64,000 bases of DNA from Thermoplasmata archaeon (GTDB taxonomy: Archaea; Thermoplasmatota; Thermoplasmata; RBG-16-68-12; JAGMCJ01), in NCBI GenBank assembly GCA_046761045.1, contig JBHIFJ010000007.1:74-64073 (forward strand), read 5' to 3'. Each line of letters begins with the position of its first letter. Positions within the stretch are counted from its first letter, which is position 1. The notes under the pieces were generated by a model that saw only the letters and a list, made by a program, of their open reading frames with translations, was not told where the DNA came from and ran no database searches. Positions 1-13,600 of the stretch are shown piece after piece. The position numbers and the translations under genes were made by a program.

Positions 1-296
1 AGCCTCTCCTGGTGACAACATACGTCGCATAGACCGGGGGATATCCGCGGTTGTCACCTTCTGACGGCTCCGACTATGTGAACTTCTGAGGATTCGATGG
101 CAATTCGAGGCCTCCCCGATCCATCTGGACATGGCCATCACTTAGAAGAGTGTACCACAAAATTCTTTAATACATACAATTATCGCTTTCGTTGGCCCTC
201 GCGGTCGGCAAAAAGATATAAGTAATGGGTCATCATTTGCGAGTCAACGGCTCGCTTTGATTCGGCCGAAGCTTGAAGGGAAGGAGGAGGTAGCAG

Positions 297-3200
297 ATGT
301 TTGAGAAGAAGCTCAGAAGTATAGTGATTGTCTGTTTTTTGGCTATGATGATGCTCTCTGCAGGCATTGTCATCATGCCCAATGCATCAGCGCTCACATG
401 GACTCAGGACGATGACTCAGAGTTCAGCCAAGGGACATTTACGAACACTGAGGTGGTTGGCACAGGAATACCCGCGTACGTCGCTCTGGTAACCGGAATC
501 GAAGACTGGGGGGACTTGGATCCTACTAATGAGCCCTCTGCTAGGGAGGGACCTGTTATGGCCTACGATTCGACCAGAGATGTATTCATCATGTTCGGCG
601 GGCACAATGGAACCTATCTCAACGATACTTGGGAGTATGACTATGCGACCAACAGTTGGACGGAGATATCGACCTCCAGCGCACCGTCAGGGAGAGAATG
701 GAGCTCCTTGGCATATGATTCTGGCAATGACGTCTTCGTTCTCTTTGGCGGGTTCGGGCCCGGACCTCTCTCAGACACGTGGGAATACGATCCGGGAACG
801 CAGAGCTGGTCGGAGACCACCCCAGGATTCAGTCCTGGAACCATGTACAGCTACGCCCTCGCATATGACGCCTTCGCTGGAAGAGTCATTCTAGGGGCTG
901 AGGGGTTCTTCTCCAGTGCGTTCGAAACATGGGCATACGATGCAAGCCTGGATAGCTGGGTGCAGAGGACGCCGACGGGCGATGACCCAGGCACGAGAGC
1001 ATATCACACACTTACCTACATGTCGTCAATAGGAAGGACAGTTCTCTTTGGCGGTGTTGATGGCTTCACATATCTTGATGACGTTTATGAGTATGATTAT
1101 TCCGCGGACACATGGACACAGATGTCCCCGGGTCTAGGACCATCCGCCAGATTTGGACACGCTGCCGCGTATAGAAGCTTCGACCAGAGCATTGTTGTGT
1201 ATGGTGGTCAAGAGGACGGTGGAGGCTATCCGACGGACACCTGGAAGTACGAGTACGTCTCTGGTTCCGAGACGTGGACTCAGATTATGACAATAAGCAG
1301 CCCAGGCGCGAGAAGCTACCTGTCCATGGACTACGACCTAACCAACAATGCCACCGTGATCTTCGGCGGCGACAATGGTTTCAGTGACTTGAATGAAACA
1401 TGGAAACTGTCGGGCTTCTACACGAGCATGGGATTCTTCACATCCTCCTTTTTCGATTCCCTCTACACTGACACGATATACAACAACATCTGGTGGAACC
1501 TCACACCCTCCAATCAGCCCCAGGACACGAACCTCACATTCCAGATTGCCGTGAGCAACAACAGTGGCGGGCCTTGGAATTTCGTGGGGCCGGATGGAAG
1601 CAGCGGAACATACTACACGAATCCGGGCGAGCAGATACGAGCTGGCACCGTGGGAAGATACTTCAGGTACACGGCGACACTGATGACGTTCACTGGCCTC
1701 GACACGCCTCGCATGGATGACGTGACCATCACATACACGATTCCGGTTCTTGACCCCAAGATCGTTGAGACGGATCCAGCCAATTTCGATGGAACGACGT
1801 ATACTGGTATCTGGGACAACATAACTGTCTACTTCAGCGAGCCAATGGCCGTGGGAACGCTAATATGGTCGATCAGCCCGAATCCTGGAGGATGGACGGA
1901 GGGATGGGACACCGCGGAGACGACACTATATCTGAACCACTCCAATCCATTCGAAGAGAAGACGGTACACACGATTGAGATAACCTACATAGAGGACAAG
2001 GATGCGAACGCTCTTGTTTCAGGTCCGGTTCCGAATCCGTGGGTTTTCGTAACCGTGGCCATTCCGCCCTTCGTAGAAGAGACGGAGCCCGCGGATAATG
2101 ACGTGGACATCGCATTGAGCTATCCAATATGGATTAACTTCAGCGAGCCGATGAACACCACAAGTGTCACGTGGACCATATCTCCCGATCCAGGTGGGTG
2201 GACTGATCAGTGGCAGAACGGAGACAAGACGCTCTATCTGATGCATTCCACCGACTACTTCCAGTGCCAGCAGTATACCGTCCAGGTGACCGGCGGCAAG
2301 GACCTCAAAGACAACAACCTCGTTCCTGGTCCCATGCCGAATCCCTGGAGGTTCGATACGGTCTGCTTGGATCCCTTCGTTCAGGCGACAGACCCGAGCG
2401 ATGGGCAGATCGAGATCGGGTTGAACTACCCGATCACGGTAGACTTCAGCAAGGAGGTCGACAACACGACCCTTTCCTGGACGATTAGCCCAGACCCAGG
2501 TGGATGGTCGCTCACTTGGGCCCCACAGAACCTGAGCGTCGTTATGGATCACAGCAACCCGTTCACTGACTGCACTCAGTATACGGTGGAGGTACTCGAC
2601 ATCCAGGACCTGGGTGGCGGGCATCTCATACCCGGCCCGGTTCCGAATCCATGGACATTCACGACGACCTGTCCGAACCCATACATATTGGCGACCGATC
2701 CAGGAGACGGGGCGCAGGACGTGCCCACATACAAGAACATCACGATAACGTTCAGCAAGACCGTGGACAACACAACATTCCAGTGGACGATAGATCCCGA
2801 TCCGGGCACGTGGAGCGAAACCTGGACTCTCTTCAATACCGTTGTCGAGCTCGACCACATAGCCCCGCTCGGTCAGTGCACGGACTACAATGTATCCGTT
2901 GACTACGTCGAGGATCTCTCTGGGAACCCGCTCGCACCGGGTCCGGTGCCAAATCCATGGACATTCAATACCACATGCGCTGCACCAGTGATAACGGACA
3001 CATACCCTGTGAATGGCTCATCCGATATCTCCCTGAACGCACCCATCTACATCAACTTCAGCAAGGCGATAAACACGACGACACTGCTGTGGAGCATCGG
3101 CCCCGATCCAGGTGGCTGGAGCCAGCAATGGTTGAATGGAAACAAGACCGTGTTGCTGACCCATTCGAATCCATACATCGAGGCGACATTGTATATGGTC

Positions 3201-6200
3201 GCCGTTACGTACGCTGAGGACACGGATGGGAATGTTCTGGTTCCCGGACCCGTGCCGAATCCGTGGCAATTCACGACGGCCTCAGCGAATCCGTACATTG
3301 TAGCCACCGATCCGGTTGACGGTCAGGTCGATGTTGCCCTCGACAAGGTCATCAACATCACCTTCTCCGAGCCGATGAACACCGCCACAGTGACTTGGAC
3401 AATAAGCCCGGATCCAGGCGGATGGACACCGTCATGGCTGATGGGCGATACCGTTCTCAGCCTCTCGCACTCGAATCCCTTCCAGGAGTGCCTACAGCAC
3501 ACCTTCAACGTCACGGCCGGACTTGACCTGCAGGGTCTTCCTCTTGTTTCTGGACCCGTGCCAAATCCGTTCACCTTCAGGCCCATATGTCAGAGCCCGA
3601 TAATTACCGATACATATCCCGTGAACGGGACCCTGGACTTCCCGGTGGATGGAGACCTGTGGATCAACTTCAGCGAGCCCATGGACACGGCAACCGTGCA
3701 GTGGTTCCCGAATCCGTTCGTCGGGCATCAGCCGACCTGGCAGAACAACAACCAGACACTGAGGCTCGACCATCCACTTGACTATGCCGAGTGTACCCTG
3801 TACGAGATGACGATTGCGGGCGATGACCTGGACGGAAACCCGCTGGTCCAAGGACCAGTCCCAAATCCATTCTACTACACGACGGTCTGCCAGAACCCGT
3901 ACATCGTATCGACTGATCCGTTTGACGGAGAGACCAACGTCGGAGTATGGGACCCGATCGTCATAGCGTTCAGCGAAGAGATGAACATCGGAACCGTCAA
4001 TTGGACGATAAATCCGGATCCCCTTGGCTGGACGGAGACATGGGAGAGCAACAACACAGTGCTCAACCTGACACACTCAAATCCATTCGCCAGTTCCACT
4101 ACATATATGGTTCAGGTAACTTCGGGTGAGGACCTGTCGGGCCTTCCCTTGGTACCTGGTCCCGCGCCAAACCCGTGGAACTTCACGACCGAATCCGTGA
4201 ATCCGTACATAGTCACGACCGACCCCGCTGATGGTGACACCAGCGTGCCATTGGACAAGTCCATAGTCATAGACTTCAGCAAGGAGATCGACACAACCAC
4301 CTTCGCGTGGATCATATCACCTGACCCAGGTGGCTGGACAGAGACCTGGTCCAATGGAAACATGACGGTCACGCTGAACCACTCGGTTCTCTTCAGTTCC
4401 TTTACTGTTCATACAGTCAACGTGACGCAGGCGGACGACCTGATGGGCAATCCGCTTGTTCCCGGACCCGTGCCGAATCCGTGGCAATTCACGACCGGCG
4501 GCGTGGTCGAGCCGTACATCGTGGACACAGATCCATTTGACGGGGAGACCGGCGTCGCATTGGATGCCTGCATATGGTTGAACTTCAGCGAGCAGATGAA
4601 CACGAGCTCGCTGGTCTATGCAGTGGTTCCAGATCCAGGAGGCTGGAGTGTGTCCTGGACGAATGGTGACCAGACGCTGGAGCTCTGCCACAGCAATCCC
4701 TTCGTGGAGAACACACTCTACAACGTCACGGTATCGGCCGAGGACTTGGATGGCAACGCTCTGATTCCGGGACCGGTCCCGAACCCATGGACCTTCACGA
4801 CCGGAATAGTCGCTCCGTGGATTGTGGACACGAACCCCGCGGATGGCGATGTCAATGTGACCCTGGATGCGGCAATATACGTGAACTTCAGCGAGCCCAT
4901 GGACACAGCCACGCTGATATATTCAGTCACTCCAGATCCAGGCGGATGGAACGTTTCCTGGATGAATGGAAACACATTGCTGATATTGACTCACGCGAAT
5001 CCGTTCGCAGAGTGTACTCAGTATACCGTCACAATCTCCGCGCAGGACCTGCAGGGCCAGTCCTTGCAGGCGGGACCTGTCCCGAACCCGTGGAGCTTCA
5101 ACACGGTCTGCTTTGCTCCATACATCCTCTCCACTTCGCCTGCTGACGGCGCGATTGATGTGCCCGTTGACGCAGACATCATCATTCAGTTCAGCGAGAC
5201 CATTGACATTCTCACCTTCGCGTGGAATATCAGCCCCGACCCAGGCGGCTGGACATCCGTCTGGAGCCAGACAATGTACCCCGACGATACGGTGACGCTC
5301 TCTCACGCCAATCCGTTCGCGGTTTGCACGCTCTACACAGTGACAGTTACGGCGGCTGACGACATGGATGGCAACGCCCTGGTGTCCGGACCTGCTTCTA
5401 ATCCCTGGTCGTTCCAGACGGTCTGCCCCATCAGTCCTCCGTCCGGTCTGACCGTCACGAGAGTGCTGCCGAGCGATGTGAGGCTTGACTGGAATGTCGT
5501 GCCCGGAGCCACGAGCTACAATGTCTATCACTCTGGGGACAGGTTTGCTCCCTTCCCAGGCGGATGGAACCTGGCCGGAACGGTGAACAACTTCATCCTG
5601 TTCCCGCACTTGGCGGACGGGCTCACTCACTACTACATCGTTAGGGCTTACAACAATATCACTGGTGAGAGCAGCAACTCAACCATGGGTGTGAAGATAG
5701 ACAAGGCCTTCACGTTCAATCCCATACAGATGACAATATACTGGATGTCCCTGCCCTACAACAGCGAGTATGCGACGGCGAGTGACATCGCCACTGAGCT
5801 GACCGAGGGCAATGTCAACGTCATAGCCAAGTGGGACCGCGCGACGCAGAACGTCATCTCATATTACTGGGCCCGAGGGAAGTGGCGAGGGAAGGACTTC
5901 ACCATATCTCCCGGAGATGGCATATACGTCAGCGCGATAGCGAATTTCAACTGGTACATCGTCGGAACGGACAGCAGCATTACAATCGACCTTCCGTACA
6001 CGCCACAGCCCTTCAAGCTGAACAAGCACTACATATCGGTGCCCTATACCGGTGCATACACGCTCGCGAGCGACATAGTCATCGACATCGAGGGCGGACT
6101 CGGTCCAGGGTCTAACGCATACATGATTGAGGTCGGTCTGTGGGATCCAGCGTCCCAGAGCGAAAGAACATACACTTACACTCCAACCGGATGGAGTGGA

Positions 6201-6296
6201 GACAACTTCTCCATCTCGCCGGGTGATGGAGTTTACATCAGAATGGTTGCCACGTACAACTGGCAGCCACTGTTGTTAACACCGGAGGTACCCTAA
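297..6296 (+). CDS. Giant secreted protein: signal peptide, 6-bladed kelch propeller, 12 Ig-like (Big_5/SbsA-like) repeats, FN3-like domain, duplicated C-terminal module; no TM anchor
   Basis: SD GGAGGAGG before ATG. Six kelch blades (R..(A)YD..FGG..DTWEYD). Twelve ~102-aa units with TxPxDG..FSEPM..PDPGGW..GPVPNPWxFxT. Confidence 0.85.
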   Translation: MFEKKLRSIVIVCFLAMMMLSAGIVIMPNASALTWTQDDDSEFSQGTFTNTEVVGTGIPAYVALVTGIEDWGDLDPTNEPSAREGPVMAYDSTRDVFIMFGGHNGTYLNDTWEYDYATNSWTEISTSSAPSGREWSSLAYDSGNDVFVLFGGFGPGPLSDTWEYDPGTQSWSETTPGFSPGTMYSYALAYDAFAGRVILGAEGFFSSAFETWAYDASLDSWVQRTPTGDDPGTRAYHTLTYMSSIGRTVLFGGVDGFTYLDDVYEYDYSADTWTQMSPGLGPSARFGHAAAYRSFDQSIVVYGGQEDGGGYPTDTWKYEYVSGSETWTQIMTISSPGARSYLSMDYDLTNNATVIFGGDNGFSDLNETWKLSGFYTSMGFFTSSFFDSLYTDTIYNNIWWNLTPSNQPQDTNLTFQIAVSNNSGGPWNFVGPDGSSGTYYTNPGEQIRAGTVGRYFRYTATLMTFTGLDTPRMDDVTITYTIPVLDPKIVETDPANFDGTTYTGIWDNITVYFSEPMAVGTLIWSISPNPGGWTEGWDTAETTLYLNHSNPFEEKTVHTIEITYIEDKDANALVSGPVPNPWVFVTVAIPPFVEETEPADNDVDIALSYPIWINFSEPMNTTSVTWTISPDPGGWTDQWQNGDKTLYLMHSTDYFQCQQYTVQVTGGKDLKDNNLVPGPMPNPWRFDTVCLDPFVQATDPSDGQIEIGLNYPITVDFSKEVDNTTLSWTISPDPGGWSLTWAPQNLSVVMDHSNPFTDCTQYTVEVLDIQDLGGGHLIPGPVPNPWTFTTTCPNPYILATDPGDGAQDVPTYKNITITFSKTVDNTTFQWTIDPDPGTWSETWTLFNTVVELDHIAPLGQCTDYNVSVDYVEDLSGNPLAPGPVPNPWTFNTTCAAPVITDTYPVNGSSDISLNAPIYINFSKAINTTTLLWSIGPDPGGWSQQWLNGNKTVLLTHSNPYIEATLYMVAVTYAEDTDGNVLVPGPVPNPWQFTTASANPYIVATDPVDGQVDVALDKVINITFSEPMNTATVTWTISPDPGGWTPSWLMGDTVLSLSHSNPFQECLQHTFNVTAGLDLQGLPLVSGPVPNPFTFRPICQSPIITDTYPVNGTLDFPVDGDLWINFSEPMDTATVQWFPNPFVGHQPTWQNNNQTLRLDHPLDYAECTLYEMTIAGDDLDGNPLVQGPVPNPFYYTTVCQNPYIVSTDPFDGETNVGVWDPIVIAFSEEMNIGTVNWTINPDPLGWTETWESNNTVLNLTHSNPFASSTTYMVQVTSGEDLSGLPLVPGPAPNPWNFTTESVNPYIVTTDPADGDTSVPLDKSIVIDFSKEIDTTTFAWIISPDPGGWTETWSNGNMTVTLNHSVLFSSFTVHTVNVTQADDLMGNPLVPGPVPNPWQFTTGGVVEPYIVDTDPFDGETGVALDACIWLNFSEQMNTSSLVYAVVPDPGGWSVSWTNGDQTLELCHSNPFVENTLYNVTVSAEDLDGNALIPGPVPNPWTFTTGIVAPWIVDTNPADGDVNVTLDAAIYVNFSEPMDTATLIYSVTPDPGGWNVSWMNGNTLLILTHANPFAECTQYTVTISAQDLQGQSLQAGPVPNPWSFNTVCFAPYILSTSPADGAIDVPVDADIIIQFSETIDILTFAWNISPDPGGWTSVWSQTMYPDDTVTLSHANPFAVCTLYTVTVTAADDMDGNALVSGPASNPWSFQTVCPISPPSGLTVTRVLPSDVRLDWNVVPGATSYNVYHSGDRFAPFPGGWNLAGTVNNFILFPHLADGLTHYYIVRAYNNITGESSNSTMGVKIDKAFTFNPIQMTIYWMSLPYNSEYATASDIATELTEGNVNVIAKWDRATQNVISYYWARGKWRGKDFTISPGDGIYVSAIANFNWYIVGTDSSITIDLPYTPQPFKLNKHYISVPYTGAYTLASDIVIDIEGGLGPGSNAYMIEVGLWDPASQSERTYTYTPTGWSGDNFSISPGDGVYIRMVATYNWQPLLLTPEVP

Positions 6297-6309
6297 AGGA
6301 GGTCTAGGT

Positions 6310-9300
6310 ATGAAAAGGAAAATCGTGAGCTTGTTTGTGTGCATAGCCCTCGCGGCTGTTGCACTGAGCGGTTTGAGCTTTGTCAAGGCAGGTCCCCCTC
6401 TCCTGATGTATGGTTTCGTCGGACCGGTTGACCCCCCACCGGGCAACGACCCTGCGAATCCTTCGAACTTCATGAGCGGGTGGATGTATAACTATGATGA
6501 TCTAGGTCTGCCCTTGATAAACGTTACGAACATCGTGCCATCTGACTCCATTGACCCGGCATACTGGGACCGAAACACGGATCCCGAGTGGTCTGCTTGG
6601 ACAGTGGGCACAGAGGCGATCGCGGTCTTTGAGACGCTTGTCGGTGTCGGCGGATGGGGAGGGACCGAAAATTACACAGGTTCCACGAATGCACCCCTGT
6701 CCGACGCTGCTGCGCTCCTGGAGTTCCCGGACACGAATCTGTACGCGATTCCGACGATAAGTGCCGTCTTGACCCCACCTGATACGATCGACTTGACTTG
6801 GATTGGGATGGGCGATGATTGGGGAAACATCGTCAACTACACGGTGTACTACTCGCTGGACACAAGCCCGTTCTCCCCCATTGGATTCAGCACCGTTCAG
6901 ATTGCAGGCGGTGGTGTGGGCTTCACCCACACGCCAATCTCGCAGGGTCAGCACTGCTACAATATAGGAGTGAACTACAGACGCGACGCGGGCGGCGGAA
7001 TCTACACGACCATCGGGAGGTCCAACACGGTGTGCCTGACCGTTCCAACGATACTGTCAACCTACCCCGTGAACGGGAGTGTGGGTATCGATGTCAATGC
7101 CGATATCATAGTGAACTTCAGTCATTCAATGGATACCACCACCTGGAAGTGGTCCATAACGTCCGACCCAGGTGGCTGGGCCGAGCTGTGGGGCATGAAC
7201 ACGTACCCCGATGACACAGTCACCTTGAGCCACGCAAATCCGTTCACTCCGTGCACGACGTACACCGTGACAGTGGAGTATGCCAATGAGAGCTCAACAG
7301 GGCAAGGCATCATAGACAACCCAGCGGCACCGAACCCGTGGAGTTTCACGACCATCTGTCTGAATCCGCAGATCGTGTCCACGATTCCTGCGAACGGGGC
7401 ATTCCCCATTCTACTAACCGCTGATGTAGTCATAACATTCAGCAAGGAGATTGACACGCCCACGTTTGCGTGGAAGATTGACCAGGGTCCAAATCCTGGA
7501 GGTTGGACTTGGGCGTGGACCCAGAATGTCGAGCCCAACGACACCGTCACTCTTTCGCATGCGAATCCCTTCGCAGAGGCAACGACCTACTGCTTCAACG
7601 TGACGGCCGCGAATGACACATTCGCCAATCCTCTGATGCCAGGACCAGTTCCAAACCCATGGTGCTTCGACACGGAAGCCATTCCGCCATACGTTGTGGA
7701 CACCAGCCCTGCAAACAATGACGCAAATGTGGCGCTCAACCCGACGATACACGTCAATTTCAGCGAGGTCATGGATGAGACGACGGTTTCACTGACTACG
7801 ACCCCAGACTGCGGAGACCCACTCGGCTGGAGCGCGAATAACATCACTGGTATGTACTACACCTTCACATGTACTGCTGCTCCCTTTGGTGAGAATGTAT
7901 TGGTTCCTGCAACGGTCTCCGGTAATGATCTCCAGAGTCTCCCGTTGGTCGCAGGTCCCGTGCCTAATCCATGGTCATTTACAACAATGTCGATACCTCC
8001 ATTCATAAACTCGACGGCGCCGTTTGACGGAGAGACAAGTGTCTCGCTAACGGCGGACATAGTCGTGGGCTTCAGCGAGCCCATCGATTACGTGAGCTAC
8101 GCATTCTCATGGACCGTTGTGCCAGCTGTTGCAGGCATGACCGAGTCCTGGGATCCGACTAATCAGACTCTGACACTCACTCACGTTGGAACCGATTTCC
8201 AGGAGAGTACGCAGTATACTGTCACGATTGTAGATGCCTATGATGCCGCGGGCAATCCACTTGTCGCTGGACCTGCTCCGAACCCATGGAGCTTCTGGAC
8301 GACAGGCATTCAGCCCGTGATAGTCGGCAAGAGTCCAGTGCCAGGTGCAACGGGCGTATTGCTGGCCGAAGACATCGTGGTCACCTTCGACAAGGCGATG
8401 AACGAGACGACAGTGACATACTCTGTGAATCCCGACCCATGCCTGCCCGGTGGATGGACTCCATCATGGAATCCGGCATTCACTGTTCTGACGCTGACAC
8501 ATCCGACATGCCCGTTCGCGGAGCTGACGACATACACCGTTGATGTTGACGGCATGGGTGCAAATGACCAACCCCTGAACCGCACTGCTAGCATACCTCT
8601 CCCGTGGGACTTCGAGACTAAGGCTGTTCCACCGACAGTCGTCCTCACGGATCCCGTGGACGGATCTGCGAGCGTCCCACTTGACTACGCGATTACCATT
8701 CAGTTCAGCGAGACAATGGACAATACCCCCGGGCAGTTCACCTACACAGTCACACCAGACCCAGGAGGATGGGCAGCTCCTGCATGGAGCACGGATACTG
8801 TCACTCTCTCGCACGCAAATCCATTCACGGAGTGTCTCCAATACACGGTGGAGATAGATTCGGCATTTGATGCCAATGGCGTCCCGCTCGATCCTTCACC
8901 GCAACCCACGATGCCCTATACGTTCTCATTCTGGGCATTCTGCCTTGAGCCGTTTGTCACGAGCACAGATCCCGTCGATGGCTCAATCGGCGTGTCCGTG
9001 AGTCAGAACGTGACGATAAAGTTCAGCGAGGCCATGGACACCGTGACGGTGACTGTCACCTTCAGTCCTGCCATCACAGGCGAAACGCTTGGCTGGGATG
9101 GTGTGGACATGAACCTTACCATCACGCACGATGACTTCACCGCAAATACACTCTACACGGTCACAATCGCTGGAAACGATACTGACGGAAATCCGCTCAA
9201 CTGCACCCTTGGACCCTGCAGCTTCGTCTTCACTACCGCCTCGAATCCGCCAACGGTGGCAATAACCGAACCATCTGGTGGTGAAGTGTGGTCTGGAGAC

Positions 9301-10608
9301 TCCGACCACGACATCACATGGACAATGAGCGATGATATGACGGCCGACGACGCTCTCGTTGTGTGGTTGAACTACACCTCAACTACCGCTGGAGATGGCA
9401 CCATAGACGGTCCGCTTTCAGGCCTGACCTCTCCGTTCGCCTACACGTGGACGGCGGCCTGCATCGATGCGGACGACGTGGCGGTTGTCATCGAGGTTTA
9501 CGATGAGGATGGTCAGCTGGCCACGGCGACGAGCGCAGCCTTCACGATAGACTGCACACCTCCGACGGTGGACTCAACAAGCCCAGCGAACGGTACTGTG
9601 GATGTGCTCGTGGATGCGGACGTGGTGATAACCTTCTCCGAGCCGATGAACAAGGCATCCTTCACGTGGACCATCGACCCGGATCCTGGCGGTTGGGGCG
9701 TTCCAGTCTGGGATGTCAACAACACGACAGTGACTCTGAGCCACAGCAATGCGTTCACAGATCAGACGCTGTACACTCTCAATGTTACCACAGCCACGAG
9801 CGATGCTTCGGATCCAGGCAATGGACTGGCAGCGAACTACAGCTTTTCCTTCACAACGGGAACGGCGAATAGGCCGCCAGTCGCAGATGCGGGACCGGAC
9901 AAGACAGTCAAGGTCGACGAATCTGTCAGCTTCGACGGAACAGGCTCGTCCGATCCAGACGGCGATACGATTACGTACTTCTGGGAGTTCGGAGACGGAA
10001 CCAACGCAACAGGTGCCACTGTGACACACACGTACACAGAGACTGGAACCTACACGGTCACGCTGACCGTGACGGACATCCATGGGGCAACTGATCAGGA
10101 CACCCTTACAGTTACCGTGGAAGAGAAGCCTGCCGATTTCCTCAGCCAGTACTGGTGGATAATACTCATCATCATAATAATCATAATCCTCGTCATCGTC
10201 GTGGTGGTCGCCACGAGGAAGAAGCCTGAAGAGGAGGAGCTGCCACCCGAGGAAGAGGAGTTCCCGCCGCCGCCAGAGGAGGAAGTGGAGGAGGTCGTCG
10301 AGGAAGCTCCCGAGGAGGAGCTGCCACCCGAGGAACCTGTCGAGGAAGCTCCCGAGGAGCCCCTCGAAGAGGAAGTCGCCGAAGCACCAGCGGAGGAGCC
10401 CCCCACTGTGGTCGAGGAAGCTCCCGTGGAAGCGGCTCCTGCCGAGGCGGCTCCGGCCGTGGTCGAGGCAGCTCCCGAGGAGGCCGAGGAAGCCCCTGCC
10501 GAGGAAGCCGAAGAGGAACCGCCAGCCGAGGGCAAGGTCTGCCCGAATTGCGGGACCATCGTGGGCGAGGACGACACCACCTGCTTCATCTGTGGCACGG
10601 AACTCTGA
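6310..10608 (+). CDS. Membrane-anchored surface protein: ~8 Ig-like (Big_5) repeats, PKD domain, C-terminal TM helix, Glu/Pro-rich tail, terminal zinc ribbon
   Basis: SD GGAGGT and signal peptide. Same repeat type as the upstream gene. PKD motif ([34 protein letters not shown]). [22 protein letters not shown]. Ends CPNC..CFIC. Confidence 0.85.
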   Translation: MKRKIVSLFVCIALAAVALSGLSFVKAGPPLLMYGFVGPVDPPPGNDPANPSNFMSGWMYNYDDLGLPLINVTNIVPSDSIDPAYWDRNTDPEWSAWTVGTEAIAVFETLVGVGGWGGTENYTGSTNAPLSDAAALLEFPDTNLYAIPTISAVLTPPDTIDLTWIGMGDDWGNIVNYTVYYSLDTSPFSPIGFSTVQIAGGGVGFTHTPISQGQHCYNIGVNYRRDAGGGIYTTIGRSNTVCLTVPTILSTYPVNGSVGIDVNADIIVNFSHSMDTTTWKWSITSDPGGWAELWGMNTYPDDTVTLSHANPFTPCTTYTVTVEYANESSTGQGIIDNPAAPNPWSFTTICLNPQIVSTIPANGAFPILLTADVVITFSKEIDTPTFAWKIDQGPNPGGWTWAWTQNVEPNDTVTLSHANPFAEATTYCFNVTAANDTFANPLMPGPVPNPWCFDTEAIPPYVVDTSPANNDANVALNPTIHVNFSEVMDETTVSLTTTPDCGDPLGWSANNITGMYYTFTCTAAPFGENVLVPATVSGNDLQSLPLVAGPVPNPWSFTTMSIPPFINSTAPFDGETSVSLTADIVVGFSEPIDYVSYAFSWTVVPAVAGMTESWDPTNQTLTLTHVGTDFQESTQYTVTIVDAYDAAGNPLVAGPAPNPWSFWTTGIQPVIVGKSPVPGATGVLLAEDIVVTFDKAMNETTVTYSVNPDPCLPGGWTPSWNPAFTVLTLTHPTCPFAELTTYTVDVDGMGANDQPLNRTASIPLPWDFETKAVPPTVVLTDPVDGSASVPLDYAITIQFSETMDNTPGQFTYTVTPDPGGWAAPAWSTDTVTLSHANPFTECLQYTVEIDSAFDANGVPLDPSPQPTMPYTFSFWAFCLEPFVTSTDPVDGSIGVSVSQNVTIKFSEAMDTVTVTVTFSPAITGETLGWDGVDMNLTITHDDFTANTLYTVTIAGNDTDGNPLNCTLGPCSFVFTTASNPPTVAITEPSGGEVWSGDSDHDITWTMSDDMTADDALVVWLNYTSTTAGDGTIDGPLSGLTSPFAYTWTAACIDADDVAVVIEVYDEDGQLATATSAAFTIDCTPPTVDSTSPANGTVDVLVDADVVITFSEPMNKASFTWTIDPDPGGWGVPVWDVNNTTVTLSHSNAFTDQTLYTLNVTTATSDASDPGNGLAANYSFSFTTGTANRPPVADAGPDKTVKVDESVSFDGTGSSDPDGDTITYFWEFGDGTNATGATVTHTYTETGTYTVTLTVTDIHGATDQDTLTVTVEEKPADFLSQYWWIILIIIIIIILVIVVVVATRKKPEEEELPPEEEEFPPPPEEEVEEVVEEAPEEELPPEEPVEEAPEEPLEEEVAEAPAEEPPTVVEEAPVEAAPAEAAPAVVEAAPEEAEEAPAEEAEEEPPAEGKVCPNCGTIVGEDDTTCFICGTEL
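10225..10530 (+). repeat. Low-complexity coding repeat (E/P/A-rich tail)
   Basis: Repeated gtcgaggaagctccc and gaggagctgccacccgaggaa units encoding VEEAPEE / EELPPEE. Confidence 0.7.
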
Positions 10609-10691
10609 CGCCGGATAGTCACGCCGCAAAGCATTTATAGGTAGCGAAAACCATATCATTCAACTGGATTGTCCAGGCAACGGGTGGTACT

Positions 10692-13600
10692 ATGTTCAGA
10701 GGACGACAGGCAGCTCTAGTCCTGGTGTTGACCCTCGGTCTTGCCCTCTCAATGCTCACGCTGAACCCGCCGAGCGAGGCTCATCTTGAATCGGCCTCCA
10801 TATACTCGAGATGGGACCCCGTTGCTCCAGTCATAGACGGCGTATTCAATCTGACGGAGTGGGGGAACGCCACGATTGTCGACCTCAGGCAGGTCGGGTC
10901 CAACACTCTCGATTCCTATCTGTACGCGAAGAACAACGACACGCACCTCTTCATCGCTCTTGACGCCGTTGAGGATATGACAGAAGACTCTGCAGATACG
11001 GCATCGATATCCTTCGATGGCGACCATGATGGCGCTCCGACGAACAACGGCGACCACGAGCTGTCAGTGAAGGGCGAGATCGATGCGTCGTGCACAGGAC
11101 TCAACTCTGCGAAGTGCCATTTCATATACAGCCAAACGACCAATCGATGGTTTGCGAGCGATTCAATGGACCAGAGCCTTCCGTATCAGTGGGGGCTCGA
11201 CGCTGCTATCGGATTCGGAAGCACCTCCAAGAGTTCTGTCAGTCACCGGTTCTTTGAGTTCAGTGTCCCAATAGAGATGATTGGCAGGCCCCTTCTTCCG
11301 ATTTCTATGGGTGACACCGTCGGCTTCTATGTGGGAAGGCACCCTCTCCCAGCGCTTGGGATGAGGGACCAGACGAATGGGACTTTCGCGTACTGGCCTG
11401 ACCTGGGTCTCGATCCGAGTGAGTATGGAAACCTGGTCCTTGGAACGCCAGCCGATGTTGCCATCGATCCTCAGTTCGACACGAAGCCCGTTCGGCCTGG
11501 CGAGACCGTTCAGTACACAATGAAGATCAGGAGCACAGGTAGCGGCGTCGACAGCTTCGACCTCCAGGCAAGCTCCTTGCAGGGGTGGACCGTCAAGTTC
11601 CTAGACACCCTTCTGAATCCCCTCTCGGACTCGGGCGGGAATCCGGCCTACCCTGACGTGGGACCCATCTTGCCTGGAGAATATGTCGAGGTCATAGTCG
11701 ACGTCACAGCGTCCCCAACCGCTTCGCCAGGTGTGTTCGACCTGACGACGATCAAGGCCTATCCCTTCCTCAATGCTTTTAGGTCGGATTCGGCGATCCT
11801 TCGAACAGGAATCCCATACGTGGCACCTATGATCGACGACCTGGAATCGGGAACGGACGCCTGGTATCTCATGCCCAGGTCGGTCAATGATTGGGAGATA
11901 GGGACGCCGGCATTTTCTCTTGGACCTCTGAGTGCTCACACGGGGACGACCGCGATAGGGACAAAGCTGGATGCCAATTACAGCTTGTGCTCGAACTCCA
12001 TCCTCTATACGCCGTTCATGGAGATACCTGACTGGGTGCTGGGGGCCAAGCTGACCTTCTGGCACTGGTACGACATAGTGCCCAATCAGCAGGATGGAGG
12101 ATGGATTGAGATGAGCGTCAACGGACAGCCCTGGACGTTGGCGACGCCCGTTGGCGGCTATCCAGACACGAGGTGGGGGGGCGAACCTTCCTTCGCGGGA
12201 ACGAGCGGCGGATGGGTGCAGTCCGAGCTGAACCTCAGCTCATACGTCGGTACCATGGTGGGTCTCAGGTTCAGATTCTGGGATTACGGCGAGCTGATTG
12301 GTCCAACACCCCTCCCCGACAAGAGAGCTCCTGGCTGGTATCTGGACGACTTCGAGCTGTCGATCGTGGGCCTTCCCGCCGCCGTCAGCGTCACTCCACC
12401 CTACCAATACAAAGTCGGTCAAAGAGGGACCGAGGTTTCCTACGAGCTCTTCGTGCTCAATGCGGGACAGCAGAGCGACACGTTCGACCTGCTGATCACG
12501 AACTCCACTCTCGGTTGGGATGTTGGATTCTACGACAGCGCATGGAACATCCTCCCTGACTCGGAATCCCCGCCAGACGGGCTTCCCGATACGAATAGGA
12601 TAACGCCAGGAAGTCAGGTCCTCGTCAGGATGAATGTGACGATACCTGCTGGCGCAACGCCTGGGGATATCGACAGGAAGATCTTCACAGCCAGGTCCTC
12701 GAACGACGACACCGTCTCCGATTCTGTTGTCGTGGAGGTCCAGGCACCCTTTGCGCTACCCTTCTTCGATGATATGGAATCAGGTCCTGATATGTGGCAG
12801 GCGACCTCATATTGGCACCTAGTCCATAACGAGACGTTGGGCGCAGCGTGGAACATCAGCTACAGCGGAGAGTGGGCCTGGTGGTACGGCCTTGATGCGA
12901 CCGGGAACTATGACGACGGGTTCTGGAACCACGGCAACCTCACTTCCCCTCCAATTGACCTGACGGACTCCATCGCAGCCGAACTAAGCTTCCGTTATTG
13001 GTATGAGACAGAGAATTCCACGGACCACGACCAGAGGTGGCTGATCGTACGCACGGGGAACAACCCCTGGCCTACCCCTGGACAGACCGGAACGATACAA
13101 CTCGATCTTCGGGACAACAGGACATGGTTGGAATGGCTGGTGAACCTGAGCGCATATGGCGGAAAGATCGTACAGATACGTCTCTTCTTCGACACGATTA
13201 ACAACCTCGACAACAACTATCAGGGATGGTATATGGACGACTTCCTCGTCAAGCAGACTATCGCGAAGAACACACCGCCCGTCGTGAGCATCGATGTCCC
13301 AAGCGGTGGGGAGGTCCTCTCGGGCGGAAGCAACCACACCATCGAATGGACGGCATCCGACTCCACTGACACGCCCGGGAACATGCTCATCTGGCTGAAC
13401 TACTCTGCAACAGGCGTTGCACCGTGGCTCCCAATCCCTGGGGCACAGGGAATTCCTGCGAACTCGACGCCTCTCAACTGGACTGTTCCGTTTGAGAACT
13501 CCACGAATGTTGCCATCAATGCGACTCTCATCGACTCTGGTGGGCTGTGGTCTTACGACTGGAGCAAGGAGTTCCAGATTGACAGCGAACCCCCCCAGGT

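Noticed and set aside
1750-9870. Recurring DNA motifs (ccgaatccgtgg, ccaggtggctgg) as a CRISPR array or DGR repeats
   Set aside because: They are in-frame protein repeats with ~306-bp period and synonymous variation. No cas or reverse transcriptase gene is present.
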